Positions 26,975 to 40,809 of a stretch of DNA of 64,000 nt are shown here, piece after piece. The position numbers and the translations under genes are program-made. Within the stretch, counting starts at the first letter, position 1. Each line of letters starts with the position of its first letter. Source of the stretch: Raillietiella orientalis (taxonomy: Eukaryota); the NCBI GenBank assembly GCA_036172245.1, contig JAYWIR010000018.1:992001-1056000 (forward strand). Direction: 5' to 3'. The notes under the pieces were generated by a model. The model was not told the DNA's origin and searched no databases. It worked only from the letters and a program-made list of their open reading frames with translations.

Positions 26975-27345
26975 TCACTTCGAACTCGTGTACTTGGTCA
27001 TGACTTTCGTGTTTTCCGAAACGGCGTGCCTGGCCAGTTCCTCGGGCAACAACAGCAGGATCACGGCCGCCTATATCTCTCGGATGGTGAAAGTCGTGCG
27101 TTTGTGGTTGTGAGATAGAAGGAACCGCCTCTGCAGCGATGCGCCCTAAGATGTCGTTCACGGAGCTGTTCATGATCGACATAGCCTTGCTCGAAATACC
27201 CGTGTCCGGGTGCACCTGCTTCAGCACTTTGTAGATGTAGATCGCGTAACTCTCCTTCCTCTTCCGCTTTTTCTTCTTGTTCACCTTTCGAGATGCTTTT
27301 CCTGAGCTTTTCCCGCCTTCTTTACCTCCTTCCCACTACCAGATC
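26975..27345 (-). pseudogene. His2B: Histone H2B pseudogene
   Basis: KKAGKAQ...[37 protein letters not shown] intact, then a frameshift and a stop before [26 protein letters not shown]; no start codon or canonical stem-loop. Confidence 0.93.
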
Positions 27346-28030
27346 TGCCCTACTGAACTTTCTGAGCGCACTATGCCCTAAGAACGATGCACATACCCAA
27401 TGTTACACCTGGAAACACCTGGAGCGGCGCCTCCTGCCGGACTCCTTTCCGCAGGAGGCGCTGCTCGTGGCTGGACTCTCAGAACCCTCCCGAACTTCGG
27501 ACGGACCAGCAGCCGGGGCGGCATCGGGAGCAGAACCGGAACTCCTCCCGGAAGTGGCAGGAAGAGACTCGACGGCTGTCGTGCCCCCAGCAGGAGCGCC
27601 GCTGGCGATGAGGCTTTCAGCTGGCATGCTAGCTCCCTCTAAGCAACCGGGAACGACCGCGGCGCGAAGGACTCTTTCCCACCCTGAAACACCGAGAGGA
27701 TCAGGAACGCGAAGAGCGAGCCGGGCGGGAAGGGAGCATGGCAACGAGAGCCCGTCTCGTCGGAGGACCGCAAGCCAGCCGTCTTCCGCTGCCGGACGTG
27801 ACGCTCAGTCTGACGAGCCGAACCCACTGTTGCTTTCCCTCGAGAATAATGAGCTTCCGGCGAGAACAATGAGGCCCATTCATGGCGCCTCAACAATGCG
27901 TGGCGCCGCAGTCTCTTCCTTCGCTCGCTTCCGCCCACTCCGTCGACTCTTTCCTCGTGGTCGATGATCGCACTTCTTTTTTCTTCAGAGCGCCTTCCCA
28001 GATTCCCGGAAAAAAAACAAAAAGAAAGAC

Positions 28031-31000
28031 ATGCGGTTCACCTTAAGCCTTTTCCTCGACGAGTACCACAGGCGCGCCGGTCGCCCGATCGTCGGCCCAC
28101 AGCCCCACAGCCACGAAACCTACGAGAAGGTGGCCAAGACGATTCGGAAGTACCTGGAGCGGCGCGAGGAGCGCGACGTCGCCGGATTCCCCGCAGAGGA
28201 ACTCGAGTCCATGGTCGCAGCCGAAGACGACACGAAGGGAAGGGTTCTGGAGCTATACTTCGCCGTGATAAAGTGTGAGTGATAAAGCAGAGGAAGACAC
28301 GTTCAGGGACGAAGACGCTTCCCTTTCAGATGAAGGCGTCCTGCGACGCGCCCTCGAGGAGTCTGGATTTTTTTCGCGATTCCCAAACGTAAAGGCGACG
28401 AGGAGATATTGCTCTCCGAGGGGAAGACGAGGGGAATGCTCCCCTTTCTTTCTCTTTGCAGCTTCAGGATCAGGTGCACCGAGTCATGGTCGTGCTCCAA
28501 GACTATCTGGACCGTTGCTTCTGCTGCAGGATCCCGCACGCAGGGAGCACCCTGGACTTCATGTTCCTGCAGATCGAGCGCGCCATCTTGGCCATGCAGA
28601 CTAAGCTGCGGGCCTGCATAGCCCGGCAGCGCATAGAGAAGAACGCGAGGAGCGTCTGCATGCTCGTGCCCGGGGGCACCCGTTCCGCAGGACGCCACAG
28701 CGCCGAGGCGACCCCGCTCTACGCGTGGGTAAACCATCGCAAAGCAAGGCAAGAGATCGCTTCTCAAGCGCGCGTTGCTTTGAGCGTGTGAGCCTGGCCG
28801 CAGCCACGCCCAGGGATGTTTCCTCCAGCTGGAGTAAGGTGTTGCGATCTCTGATGGACGCGGGATGGCAGCTAGTTGGCGATCTGGACGAGCTGCTCCC
28901 GAAGAGAGTGAAGAGGGATAGCCAGTCATGCAGCGGCGATCTCCTGGTCTTTCACGGAGACGACCTCAAGCGACTCACCTCCACGCCACTGGTCCAGGAC
29001 AACCGCATCGTCCTACAGGTTCGCTGCCAAGACCTCCTCGTTCCTCTTCCCCCCTCACTCACGGGCAGGTTCCGGTTTCCAGGACAAGACGACATACCTC
29101 GCGGTCCAGTACGTCGTGATGCTGGCATCGCGAGAGGGCAGGTCGCCACCGTGCAGGAGGGGCGTGGCCGTCACGCACGTCAGGAACGGCAAGACAGCAG
29201 CCCTGCTCTCCAGCCTATCGCACCACTCGGGCCTGACGCTCCAAGTCCACGCTTTCGGCGCTAAGGAAAGGTACGCCGATGGTATCTGCTGGTGGAGGGA
29301 GGGGAGAGCGAGAGGAAGGGACTCCTTCCGTGCTTGGGGCCGCGCAAGCTCCCTCTGTGGCTCCGAGAGCTTGACGCTGAAGGACGAGGAGGAGGGAGGT
29401 CACCTGCAGCGCTTGCCCTTCCGTATGGAGGCGGGAAGGGAGAGAGATGCAAAGTCAGGGGAGACCACCGTCCGTCCTGGCTCCGGCAGTCAGGCGCCGG
29501 GAGTCCGTCCGGCACGGAGAGAGAGGTTCATCGCATCGCGTCCTGTCGGTGGGCTTCCGGAGAGGTGGCTGAAGGTTCCAGGCGAACACCGACCGCCGTT
29601 CCCAGGGGAACGAGCCGCAACTGTGCGGCCGACGCCTCGGTCGGAGAAACAACCCGACGGAGAAGAAGGGAAGAGGAGAGGCAGCTGGCAGTGCCGCCGC
29701 GGAAGACCCGATGATCCCGCGCCATCTGCAGCCAAGAGTTCGCGTCCAGTAGGTGCTGATGCACGCGGCGGTGCTCCGCGAGTCGGAAAGGCCCGGGATG
29801 AAAGGGGAGGCTGCAGAAGCGACCGATGGAGCCCAGAAAACGTGCCGGGTGCGCTCTGGGACCCTGCTGAAGGAAACGGATTCCTTCCTGAGCGTTGCAC
29901 GCAGGCACTCTCCTCCCTCCTCTTCTCCCATCTGCGGGTGGATGAGGAAGGAGACCTGCCCTAGAAATTGTCAGCCGAAGCAGGTCAGCTGCTGGGAGAA
30001 AGTGGAAAATGAGAACAAAGGGGGGAGGGATGGGGTTGTCGCCTTTTGTTATTTTCATTTGCCCTTCCCTCCTCTCCTTTTTTTCCACCCCTTTCGTGTC
30101 TTTGCTGCTGCCGGCTCGTGACCAAGCTTCGCCGAGACGACGGTCGCGGCCATGGCTCGCGCACTCTGGTCGCGTTTGGAAGACATTCTCTCCCTCCTCC
30201 ACCCCTTTCCGTCGCCCGTCGTCCCTTTAATCACTCGAAGAAGAGAGGCGAAAAAATAGACGGAGCGCTTCTCGATGCGTGATGCTCCATGGCAACGGCA
30301 TAGTGATTCGGAAAGTGTTCATCCGTCCGCACAAAGACAGCCCTCATGAGGCATTCTATAAATGCCGAAGAGATGTCATCCTAGGACGATTCCAGGGCGA
30401 GAAAAAGCGCCCAAGAGCTCGTGAAGGGGTCTGTGTCTTGGCTCCTATGTGGACCACGGCTCAGGCGACTCTCGTACCCATTCCGTGCTCCAGAGATTGC
30501 CACCTCCCGTCGCGTGGCGTGGATTAAGCGTACAAGGCAACCGTGAGCCCAGTTCTTCTTCTCATCCTTCCCAGCGACCTGGACGGGACAAGGGGCGGGA
30601 GGAGGGAGAATCCCGGATCCCTTGGAGCAAGCAGAGGGAGGCCGGAGAGGCGGGATTCCCTTCTCGGGAGCTGCTTAGGAGCCCATCGCTCAAACCCGAG
30701 CTCTCCGAGGGTCTCCGCGGCGCGCGCCCCAAATGACCTTAACCTTCACCCTAACTGCCCTCCTCCCCTCCCCTGCGAAAGAGCTCCTCAAGGACGCGAC
30801 ACCTCAAGCGCGCCTTCGTTTCCAGGGGCGACTCTGCGCGCCCGACTCCAGCACCGCAGTTCCTTGTTCCTGGTTTCCTCGTGATCCCCGGACCAGACCG
30901 CGCTAAGAGCATGTGGCAAGTGCAAAGGCCACGCGCGCTCGCCCGCCAGCTGAGTCTGCAAACGGTCCAGCGGCGCCAGAGCTGGAGCCGGGGCAACAAG

Positions 31001-32900
31001 AAATTTGAAAGGTCGGCGCGGCGCGCCTTCCCAGGAGGTCTCACCCCTCTCTGCAATCCGAGAAGAGAATAGGGTGGTTCAGAGCGAATCGACACCTCCG
31101 ACCCGAAGCTCTCCTTCCTGCCGGCTTTTCTTGACCCGAGGAGAGAGGGGGCCTCCTGCCTTTGCTGACGGCATGAGCCAGCCCGCGGAGGAAGGGCGAC
31201 GTGTTCCCTTGGCCCCTCCGGCTAGAAGGCACCCAGCATTCCTCATGATTTTTTTCCGGGGAAAAGTCTTGGATTGCTGAGACTGTTTCGAAGGGGATTT
31301 TTGATGCCCCTGGAAACGCACCTGGAAATTCGCACCTTGTGAAGGGTTTCAAGAGCTTCCTGTCTCTGTCCTGGGGACAGGGAAGAGAGGGAAAGGGGGA
31401 TCTTCAGGAGGAAGGGAAGACACGAGACCCTCCGGGAACCGTGGGTGCGAGCTCATTCCCTTTGGAGCGCGCGCGCAGCCGCAGTCCGAGTACGGCGTCC
31501 ACGTGGTATTCACCCACCCATTCGTTGTCGTCGCTCGATCATCGACCACAGCGTCTCGCTCTCGTGGGATCGAGGAAAATTTCCGCGTTTCCGTGAGCTG
31601 GGCATCCGAAGATCTGGAAGAGCGAAGCTCTCGCTCTACCAGTGAAGATCTGCACCTCCTACTGGGCAGGCTTGGAACTTGTGAAGGACAGCTGGACCGT
31701 TGAACAGAACCGCCAGAAAGCACGAGAATGGTAGTGGCTGATATGCGATCCGTCCCGAGTAGTAGTAGGAATGCGAAACCGCACGAAGCATCCAATGCTG
31801 AAGAGTGAGGAGGAAGATTCATGGCAACGGACAGCTTTCGAACGGACTAATGCCGGTCGGAAGAGTGAAGTTCGGAAAAAAGAGTGTCACTGCGGTGGCT
31901 GAAAGCGCAAGAAGACGGCTGCTCTTCGCTCCAGCTCGACGCTCACAGCATCCCACCCATCTCTCGGCTCCTTTTCGTTCGCTTCATCCATCCCCGTCCC
32001 CTCAGCTGCATCAGTCACCCTTCATCTTGTGCATGTAGGAGGAATACTCTTTATGTTCTGTGCATAGACGAGCTCTTGGACATTCCATGAGATGCCCGCC
32101 CTTAGCCTGAAACCCCCCCTGTCGCGAGCTCCTCAATCGTCCTGCTACCGGTGCATGGTCCCCTTCCAACATCCCGCTCAATCCGCTGGGTTAGGTGATT
32201 GACATCATAGAGGAGTAAGCGCCTTTGTGCTTAAAGATGGGGGTACAGAGGCAGCAACAGCCTGTCAACCGGAGCAAGCGTGAAAATTCGCTGTGGGCAC
32301 CGAAGTCATCAACGATGTGACGCTTCCCAGCTGCTAAACTCGTCATCACTCCAAACGCTGACCACGAGACCTGATGCTGCCCTCTGCTTTTTGCTTTCAG
32401 GAAGGCCAAAGTGCTGTACCATCTGAAGCAGCTCGCTGTCGAAGATGTACACGTGCACGAGCAAGACTTCTCAGAGAGCGAGCTGGACGGCTCCCTGAAC
32501 GACATCAGCATAGTCCTGGCGCATCCGGAATCTTCTCAAACTCTGATCTGCGACCCTTTCAAGTTATACTGCACGGAAGGCGGAGGCAAGTTGCTGGTTC
32601 TAGGTGTGCGAAGAGCTGAGGCAGGATCTGTTGACAGACTTACAGATCCTGCACGCGTTGACGACCGTGGGCGAAATAACAGACAGGACGATGCTATCGA
32701 ACCTGTGCCTGAAACAAAAGCTCACTCTGGACAAGGCACTGTCCTTGCCTGAAATCAGGCACGTGGTTTACTTCGTGCACGCCAATCGCAGCGAAGAAAC
32801 CGTTCGTCTGTTGCATGATGTCCTGTCATCCGCCAACGAAAAACACGAACAAGAAATGCAAAGGCAGCGGTCAATGGAGACACCTCTCGTACAGCTTGAG
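28031..32900 (+). CDS. NSUN7: NSUN7-like putative RNA methyltransferase, multi-exon
   Basis: Exons 28031-28274, 28330-28388, 28462-28748, 28829-29018, 29083-29270, 32401-32585, 32638-32900 splice in frame; peptides TKLRACIARQRIE, PLYAWVNHRK, IVLQDKT, ICDPFKLYCTEGGDL, RHVVYFVHANRSEE match NSUN7. True start and 3' end uncertain. Confidence 0.82.
29300..32300. mobile_element. GC-rich decayed retroelement-derived sequence filling the 3.1-kb NSUN7 intron
   Basis: RT-like remnants such as LLKPFTRCEF (minus, about 31350) and ATLVPIP (plus, about 30470); no intact ORF. Confidence 0.3.
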
Positions 32901-33039
32901 GTTTGTTAGCTGAATGTTTGCATATTTCTGTGCATATGCATATGTATGTACGTATGTGTGTATACATACATACAGACATACATATCTACACGAAGCTTTC
33001 CCCCAAATATGAAGGATTAACATGGTAATACCATTTGCT

Positions 33040-33770
33040 ATGGTTTAGGAGTCGCCAGAAACGAAATTCGTGCTTCTTCCTCCAGTCCCCGTCCATCTTG
33101 ACCTAATCGATTTCGTCACTGACTCGTACTTAAGTATTCCTCTGTCTCCGACTCGCAACGGTGCGTTCCTGGCCATAATTGAAGCAAAAGTAAGACATCA
33201 CATTGCATGAACTAGTCTCATTGGAATAGGAGAATAATAAACTGCCACCTCAAGCTGTTCTTCAGCAGGCATACAATAAAGGCCTGCTTAAAGACCCGCA
33301 CAGCGAACACCTTTACAAACAAAAAAAAGATCACGCAAAAGTTCCTCCGAACGGCATTCCCAAGGATCTCTTCAGAGCTGTAATGACAGCGTACACCTCG
33401 GAAAACGTTGCAGGAAACTGTCGAGGGTTTGCAAGAAGCAACTCTATGTACAATGGAAGCACTGTAATCTTTCTAAAAGGGCAAGTATTATTTCAAATTC
33501 AAAGTACTTCCATCAACTTGAAGGTCGATATATATATATATATATATATTTACCACACATTATAAAAAAAACACACACACCTGCTCGCAAATAAGTTCCA
33601 CGGTCACAGTAATAATTCTTATGAATCTGGAAATGGGAGCTAGTAACGAAATATTAGGAATCGAGTCCAGCTGTGGTCCCTCCAGTTGCTTTGTGATTAA
33701 CGAAACAAATCCTTCGAGTTCGACAAGTGTTTTGTCCGATACGCAGGTCAAGAACGATGGCGATTCGCAT
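33040..33770 (-). other. Decayed negative-strand virus nucleoprotein-like EVE
   Basis: FRKITVLPLYIELLLANPRQFPATFSEVYAVITALKRSLGMPFGG ... FAVRVFKQAF ... LRVGDRGILKY. Confidence 0.4.
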
Positions 33771-34560
33771 TTTTAATGCCGGCGGCGGCGATGTGGTCAT
33801 TGTTTTTTTTTTTTCGATTGTCTTGAAAACTCTGGCAAGGTGCACCACGTTAATGGACTTGTGGGAAAAAACTCGAGTCGACGTGATCCAAGTCTCAGTA
33901 TCGTCTTCTACCAAGGCGTTATGCCATCGTAGATTTTTCAAGTGGACCACATAACCGAGTCTGTAGTGTCCCTGATTGACAATTTGCTTATTTTTTTGTT
34001 TCCAATGCTGGAATTGATTGAAGTTATGCAAAAGTTGAAAAAAAAATGACTTTTATAGCTTTACGGTAAGTAATGTGAAAAAGTACAACGTTAGAAAGTC
34101 CGTTTCCACGGATTGAATTTACGAGCTTCATTTACAAGCTAAAAAAAAAAAAACATGGGTCCTTCAAATACGCTGGCTAAAAGTAAGGCAAACTGGACCA
34201 ACAAGGAAAAGGCCACCAACTTTGTTTTTCCGTTATTATCATGAATGAACGCAAAGATCGGAAGCCTAGCCTGTGAAGTGACAACTATTCACGCCTTCTA
34301 AAATGACACGACACTCGATGAGTAATGACAACACCGAGGTTATTCGAGAGGACACCAGAATGTCTATTGAAGCCTGTGTCAAAAAAGGGCAGATGGTGTG
34401 TGCTGCGTGTCCACATTCAGTCATTAAAACGAAAAAAAAAGAAGAAAAAAAACAGCATTGGAATTTAAGATGTAACTGAAATGTTGGTTAGTTTTGCATA
34501 ATTTCCGACCGAACAGCCTGGTCACTCGATGGAAGTCACAGAAACACGAAGTGGTGAAAC
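33770..34560 (+). other. Possible parvovirus/densovirus NS1 (SF3 helicase) EVE
   Basis: Ordered remnants KNDFYSFTVSNVKK (KN..GPSNxGK-like), NFVFPLLS*MNAKIG..CE, EVIREDTRMSIEACVKKG; heavily decayed. Confidence 0.3.
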
Positions 34561-34789
34561 GAGTGCATCCGAGTCCCTCGTAGACCATGAAGAACACAAA
34601 ATGAATGAAGAACATGCAAGACAGCAGCAGCAGCACACGACACAGCATTCCTTACGAAACACGTAGAGTGAAGGATGTAAACTTGGTGTACACTGTGCCA
34701 TGGAATGACTTGGAATGTAACTCTTCCTAACTTTTATTTCGTGAAGATGAAATACTCTGCAAGTTCCTTCTTTGCAAGATTCTTTCTAG

Positions 34790-35302
34790 AAACGTGCCAC
34801 CACCTCACCCTGCCGCTCCCGTCGAACGAAGCCGAGCGAGCCTCCGCTCCGGAAACGAGAGCGCCGCCAGCGGCGGCCGAGCGCGCCGAAGATCATGCGG
34901 TGGCGCCGCGTCCTTCCTTCAAGGCGCGCCCGCCCTCGAAAGACTTCCTTCCGGCAAACCGCAGTTTCTAGCGACGCTGCCCGCCCGCGCACGAGCATGC
35001 AGACTGTCTGCACCCGGGTAGCGGCCCCTCGCCTCAACCCGCAGTGCCTTGCGAGGGCGGCCGGACAGGCTGCGGCGCGCCGCGGGGCAGCCTGTCCCGA
35101 CCGAGAGCGTGTGCAAGAGCAGGAGGAACGCAGGACCCGTCCGGGTGGTCAGCTCAGGAGGCGGGGGCACGCGCGAGATCTGGGGGATCGAAGGGCACGC
35201 GGAGGAGGAGGCTGCCGCTCCGCTTCCCGAGAGACGGACACACCCCGGCAGCGACGAAAGGGCGGGCGGTTCCGATCAGCTTCCATCCAAGAGGCGCTCT
35301 GA
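34790..35302 (+). CDS. Probable terminal exon(s) of the NSUN7-like gene
   Basis: GC-rich open frame after a ttctag acceptor, in phase with the donor at 32900; CLARAAG recalls the NSUN7 VLARAA motif. Structure not resolved. Confidence 0.4.
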   Translation, partial: KRATTSPCRSRRTKPSEPPLRKRERRQRRPSAPKIMRWRRVLPSRRARPRKTSFRQTAVSSDAARPRTSMQTVCTRVAAPRLNPQCLARAAGQAAARRGAACPDRERVQEQEERRTRPGGQLRRRGHARDLGDRRARGGGGCRSASRETDTPRQRRKGGRFRSASIQEAL

Positions 35303-35539
35303 TCGATGGGAGGGGAAGTTTTCCTTTGGCGCACTCTCCTTGGCCTCTTCCGCATACCACTCGTTTGACAAGTGGTGTTTTGAAAGCCCTCTGTCATTGC
35401 CATTCTCTCAATTAAGTCATCGATACCTTTGCCAGGCGTGCCAGACTTCTCGTGCTCACAAACACACTTTGTCAACTTTTGCAACGTTACCGCATTTGAT
35501 TCGTTCTTTCCCGGTCCCTCCCCTATCGAAACTCTAGCT

Positions 35540-36350
35540 GAATAGCTATGCATGTTTATGGAGGCGACGGGAACTCTCGTGGAGAAAGCTGTAACACCGA
35601 GATCCACGGAAACCACGATTCTCAAATGAGGTGCCTCAAAAGGTCCCAGCGTCTCATGTTTGTGGGCACCGAGGACCTCAAAAGTTGCAAAAGTAGAAGA
35701 CGTGTGTTATCGAAGAAACAGTGCGTTTACTTTTCTTTTTGGCTTTAGGGAAACGGCGAAGTAATTAAAAAGAAAGCAAAAGGTAATCCGTTCCATAAAA
35801 CATAAGCAATGATTTATTAAAACAGAGACCATTACGGTTCTCAGTGCTGCTGGCCATTCGTCTCTTTTAAGACAACGGAACATCTCTTCTGTCATAACTT
35901 CCTGTTGCACGGGCGGAAGGCGTTTCATAAGCTTTTAACACGCGAGCAAAATCGAAGCTGAACTTTTGTGACAATTTTGTCGTCGGAAAATCCAATTTGG
36001 GTAAAAGGCGAACTTTTACGAGAACTTCGAAAATTTCAGGGGGCCATCGATTTTAAAAAAAAAACACACACAACCCTGTTTTCGGAAGGAAGTTTCGAAT
36101 GGCTGGCCCAGTTTTTTTCATTAACAGTGGTAACGAAAAGGTTTTGTTCGAACCCAGAAAACGGTGTTTCGTCTTCGATTTCGTGCATTTTCCTCCTCCT
36201 CTTTTAAAGCATCGTCTTTAAAAAGGGAGGAGGAAAATGCACGGAAACTTGATTGGTCCAAAGTCGGTTGAACAACAGAAATCAGAGAAACAAAGCTGCC
36301 AAACTCTTCCATTTGATCGGAAACTGCAATCTCGTCGAGATTCAACCGGT
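35540..36350 (+). other. Decayed chuvirus-like nucleoprotein EVE
   Basis: FLALGKRRS (about 35737) ... HGRKAFHKLL ... ENPIWVKGELLRELRKFQGAIDF ... GSFEWLAQF. Confidence 0.5.
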
Positions 36351-37309
36351 TGCCAGAGACCGCAATCCAAAATCTCCTAGCTACACTTCACGCTTGGGCA
36401 AGAAACTGACACATTTGCCTGGCAACGTTTCCTCCGCAGCTTTTCCGGAGACCACCTCAGCCAGGCTGCCCTCGTCCAGGAACAGAAAGTTGCAGCTCGG
36501 AACACGTAAAGCTGGCTTGCTCCCACGCTTCCTGCCTAACCTCATCCACTGGTGAAAAATTTAAAAGCAACACGGAACCATAATTATAAAAAATTACTGC
36601 ATGCACACAACATTCGTACCAGACTCGAATTTTCGAATGGTGGCTCTCCCAGACGATAAGACCAGCGCGACTTAGTTCTCCGTGCAATGTACGGTACCAA
36701 AAGTGAGGAAGAAAAAAAACAATTTCATGCATAAATACCGCTGAGTGGAAAAACAAATTCACGGAAACACCGCTGACTGCTCATAACTTCTGCCTTAATC
36801 AAAATGCGCTGGAAAGCCAAAAAAATAGTAAATGAAATTTCAGCAACTGTGACCCTGGAATTGATAGGATGTAAAAGAATGTGTGGAAAACCGGGGGGAG
36901 GGGAAGGGGGAGGTCCAGCAGCCACATTCATCACGTATGCAAGTAAGCCGAGTATCGGGAATTACTGTACAAATCTCTACCGTCACAGTTGCTTGTTCTG
37001 AAGAATCTGAAGCAAGGTATCCCTTTACTCTCATCATCGTATGAAACGCTCATTTCAAGGGACACACACACACGTCTGCACTTGAAAAATTAAAACGGTA
37101 TGCAATTCCAAAGCAGCAAATAACAGGGAAGTCTCGATGACTGTAAGCATAAAGATCATGAACCAACATACGGCTATGTTACACTGATTAATGAATTGGG
37201 AAATAAATTAATTTACTTTAATAAAATCGCAATCTTTGTGTATTATAACTGTGATGTTTATCCAGATACTTTTTTTTTTTGCATTTTTTATCTTTCTTAA
37301 AAATTTCAG

Positions 37310-38168
37310 CATGAGCCATGCTAACCATCTTTCCAAACAAAGGAACCTGTGCTTTCAAATATTCCCTATGGATTGTGGTGCAAACTTGCTTGCACGACTA
37401 CATAAGAGGTCAAAGACTTCTGGTAAACATCCATCATCTTTAGCAATTTTGCAGCATTACAGGAAAACGGAAAGGAAAAAGAATACCATAAACTGGTATC
37501 CAGATCTTTCTGAATTGCATGACAAGCTGCAGAAAACACGGAAATCAAACGCAAAAAAAGTCTTCCCAGTGACCGGGTCACCGATACTGATGTTTAACAG
37601 AAAGCATGAGCAAGACTCGAGGACTGCTGATACCCAGAACCACATGAACATACAAATTCAGGCATTCCCACAAAATGCAAAATCGAATGCAGAGACTTAC
37701 ATTTACGGAAAAAGAATCGACAATGCACAACAATATACCCACATAATGGAAAAACGTAAACCTGAGCCCCCTTTGCAGCAATCTAGACGGCTTGCACATT
37801 GCCAGCTCAAGTTTCCCAAAGAAAATTCGCCCATTTACATAGTCGATGTCGCAAAAATTTACTCTCAGCTAAAATGTGCCAGCCAATCACATGACAATGC
37901 AATCTTACGAAATGCTGTTGAACGGAATCAACCAAAATTAGCAGGATCCCTGACTCAACTGCATACTATTCATGATAAACAATTATGGAAACCATCAACG
38001 CAAACAGCAGACTGGGAGCATGAAGTCACCCAGATTCAGAAATATGTGCAGCAAATCATGGATAAAGAACTTCATAGAATTATCCATAAAAGACCATGCA
38101 TATATCTCAAGGCACAGCCACATTTGGCATTTGATAATACTGCAAAAAAACTAACAAAACACATGTAA
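37310..38168 (+). CDS. Unknown protein, about 280 codons open in AT-rich DNA, convergent with RNF121
   Basis: Long stop-free frame (ORF 37236-38168) rich in K/Q/H/N; no recognised domain; stop 12 bp from the RNF121 stop. Confidence 0.45.
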
Positions 38169-38180
38169 GTATGTGACTTT

Positions 38181-39364
<1,184 letters not shown>

Positions 39365-39919
39365 TGAAGGAAATTGTGTTTACTAATAAAAACACATATG
39401 CCAATATACAACAACTAAAGGATTACATAATAAACCTTGCTACATCTAATGCTGTCTTTGGAATGATTGTGCCATGGCACCACAATTGCACTCATAGTCA
39501 TACGATTCACTGTTTGAATTCAAACTAAACTTTTGATTTTAGCAATCTTGCTTCACCTTATCATTTCCATATCTCAACACATATTTGTGCCTTTCTAATT
39601 AATCAGCTATTCGGGCATACATTCAACATTTGAATTTATACCAGTTGAAAAATATAAAAATATGAAAGTATCAATCCATCCATAGACGCACTGAAAAATT
39701 ATGAAATTCGCAAGACCATATGATTTCATCTCATCAGATCAATCTGGATAAAACTTCTACTCGATAAGTAATAACATGTATTCCTGAATATAGCACATAC
39801 TTTTGAAGTTTCATTCACACTTATATGTAAAATTTCAAATGCCACACCACTCTTTCAAAGGGCATAACTGCCCTATTTTATTATTTAATCTTACTAATTT
39901 GTTTCACAGCTGTATGAAC

Positions 39920-40615
39920 CACACTGATGCACTTTGCATGGTTAATCAGAAATATGGTGATGGGCATCATGTTGGACTTATTACAAACGCTGTCGAAAAA
40001 GAGAGAATTTTTTTTGTAAAAAAAAAAAAAATCATGAACATGGTCGTGGTTCAACGCCACATTTGGTAATTCAATGGCAGATTCCGGTCTTTACCCTGCG
40101 CACTGAAAATCGAAAAATCCCAGCAAGACACACACAGCTACGTGCAATCACAGCACCAACACCAAAATTGCCACACAAGCACACTGTGCTGCAACAAATT
40201 TTACATGTACAAAACAGGTGACGACGTCCCACGTCCTGCAGAACGAGCGGCAGAACGGAGACGTGGAAAGAAAAAAAAAAAGGCTGCAAAACTATCCGAA
40301 GGCATCCCTGTATGATGGCAGTCACAGAAGAAGAAACGTGGAAGAAATGCATAATTTATGGCAAAGAGCTTGAACAGATGAGGAACCAACGTTAGCCACA
40401 TGCTCGCATCTGGGAAACCGGCAACACATACTACTATTACGCGAGAACAAAAAAAAAAAAAAACAGTAGGCCACCGGCAAACACCAACAAGGACTGGCAG
40501 CAGAAACTGCCTCCAGCACATGGACTCCACACGGACTGCACGTAGACACGGCAAAGCCACGGATGGACGGCGGCTACAGGAAGATGACACGGTCATTATA
40601 CGGTTCATCTATAAG
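39920..40615 (+). other. Probable decayed circovirus-like CRESS Rep EVE
   Basis: LCMVNQKY (motif I-like), HEHGRGSTPHL (EvG..GTPHLQG), YMYKTGD (YCSKEG-like), RPPANTNK (Walker A-like), MDGGY / EDDTVIIRF (WDGY..VIIDDF-like), in the expected order. Confidence 0.5.
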
Positions 40616-40809
40616 GCAAGCATAAATCCTCTGCGCTTTGTTTTTTGTTTTTTTTTTTCAAAATTCAGACCTTTAATGAAGGGCATGCAAAATCTGTCAG
40701 CGGAACAGATTTCCTAGTTTTCCGAAACTCGAAATACTTGATACTGGTAAGATCATCATCATCTTTTTTTTTTTTTTTTTTTTTAACGTGCATACAAATG
40801 AAGGAACAC

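Noticed and set aside
29271..29964. Continuation of NSUN7 through the 282-aa ORF
   Set aside because: Similarity stops at the GT donor at 29271 and resumes in phase at 32401; the rest is GC-rich intron.
36700..37200. A further N-like copy (KAKKIVNEISATVTLEL)
   Set aside because: Only one weak motif; downstream motifs not convincing.
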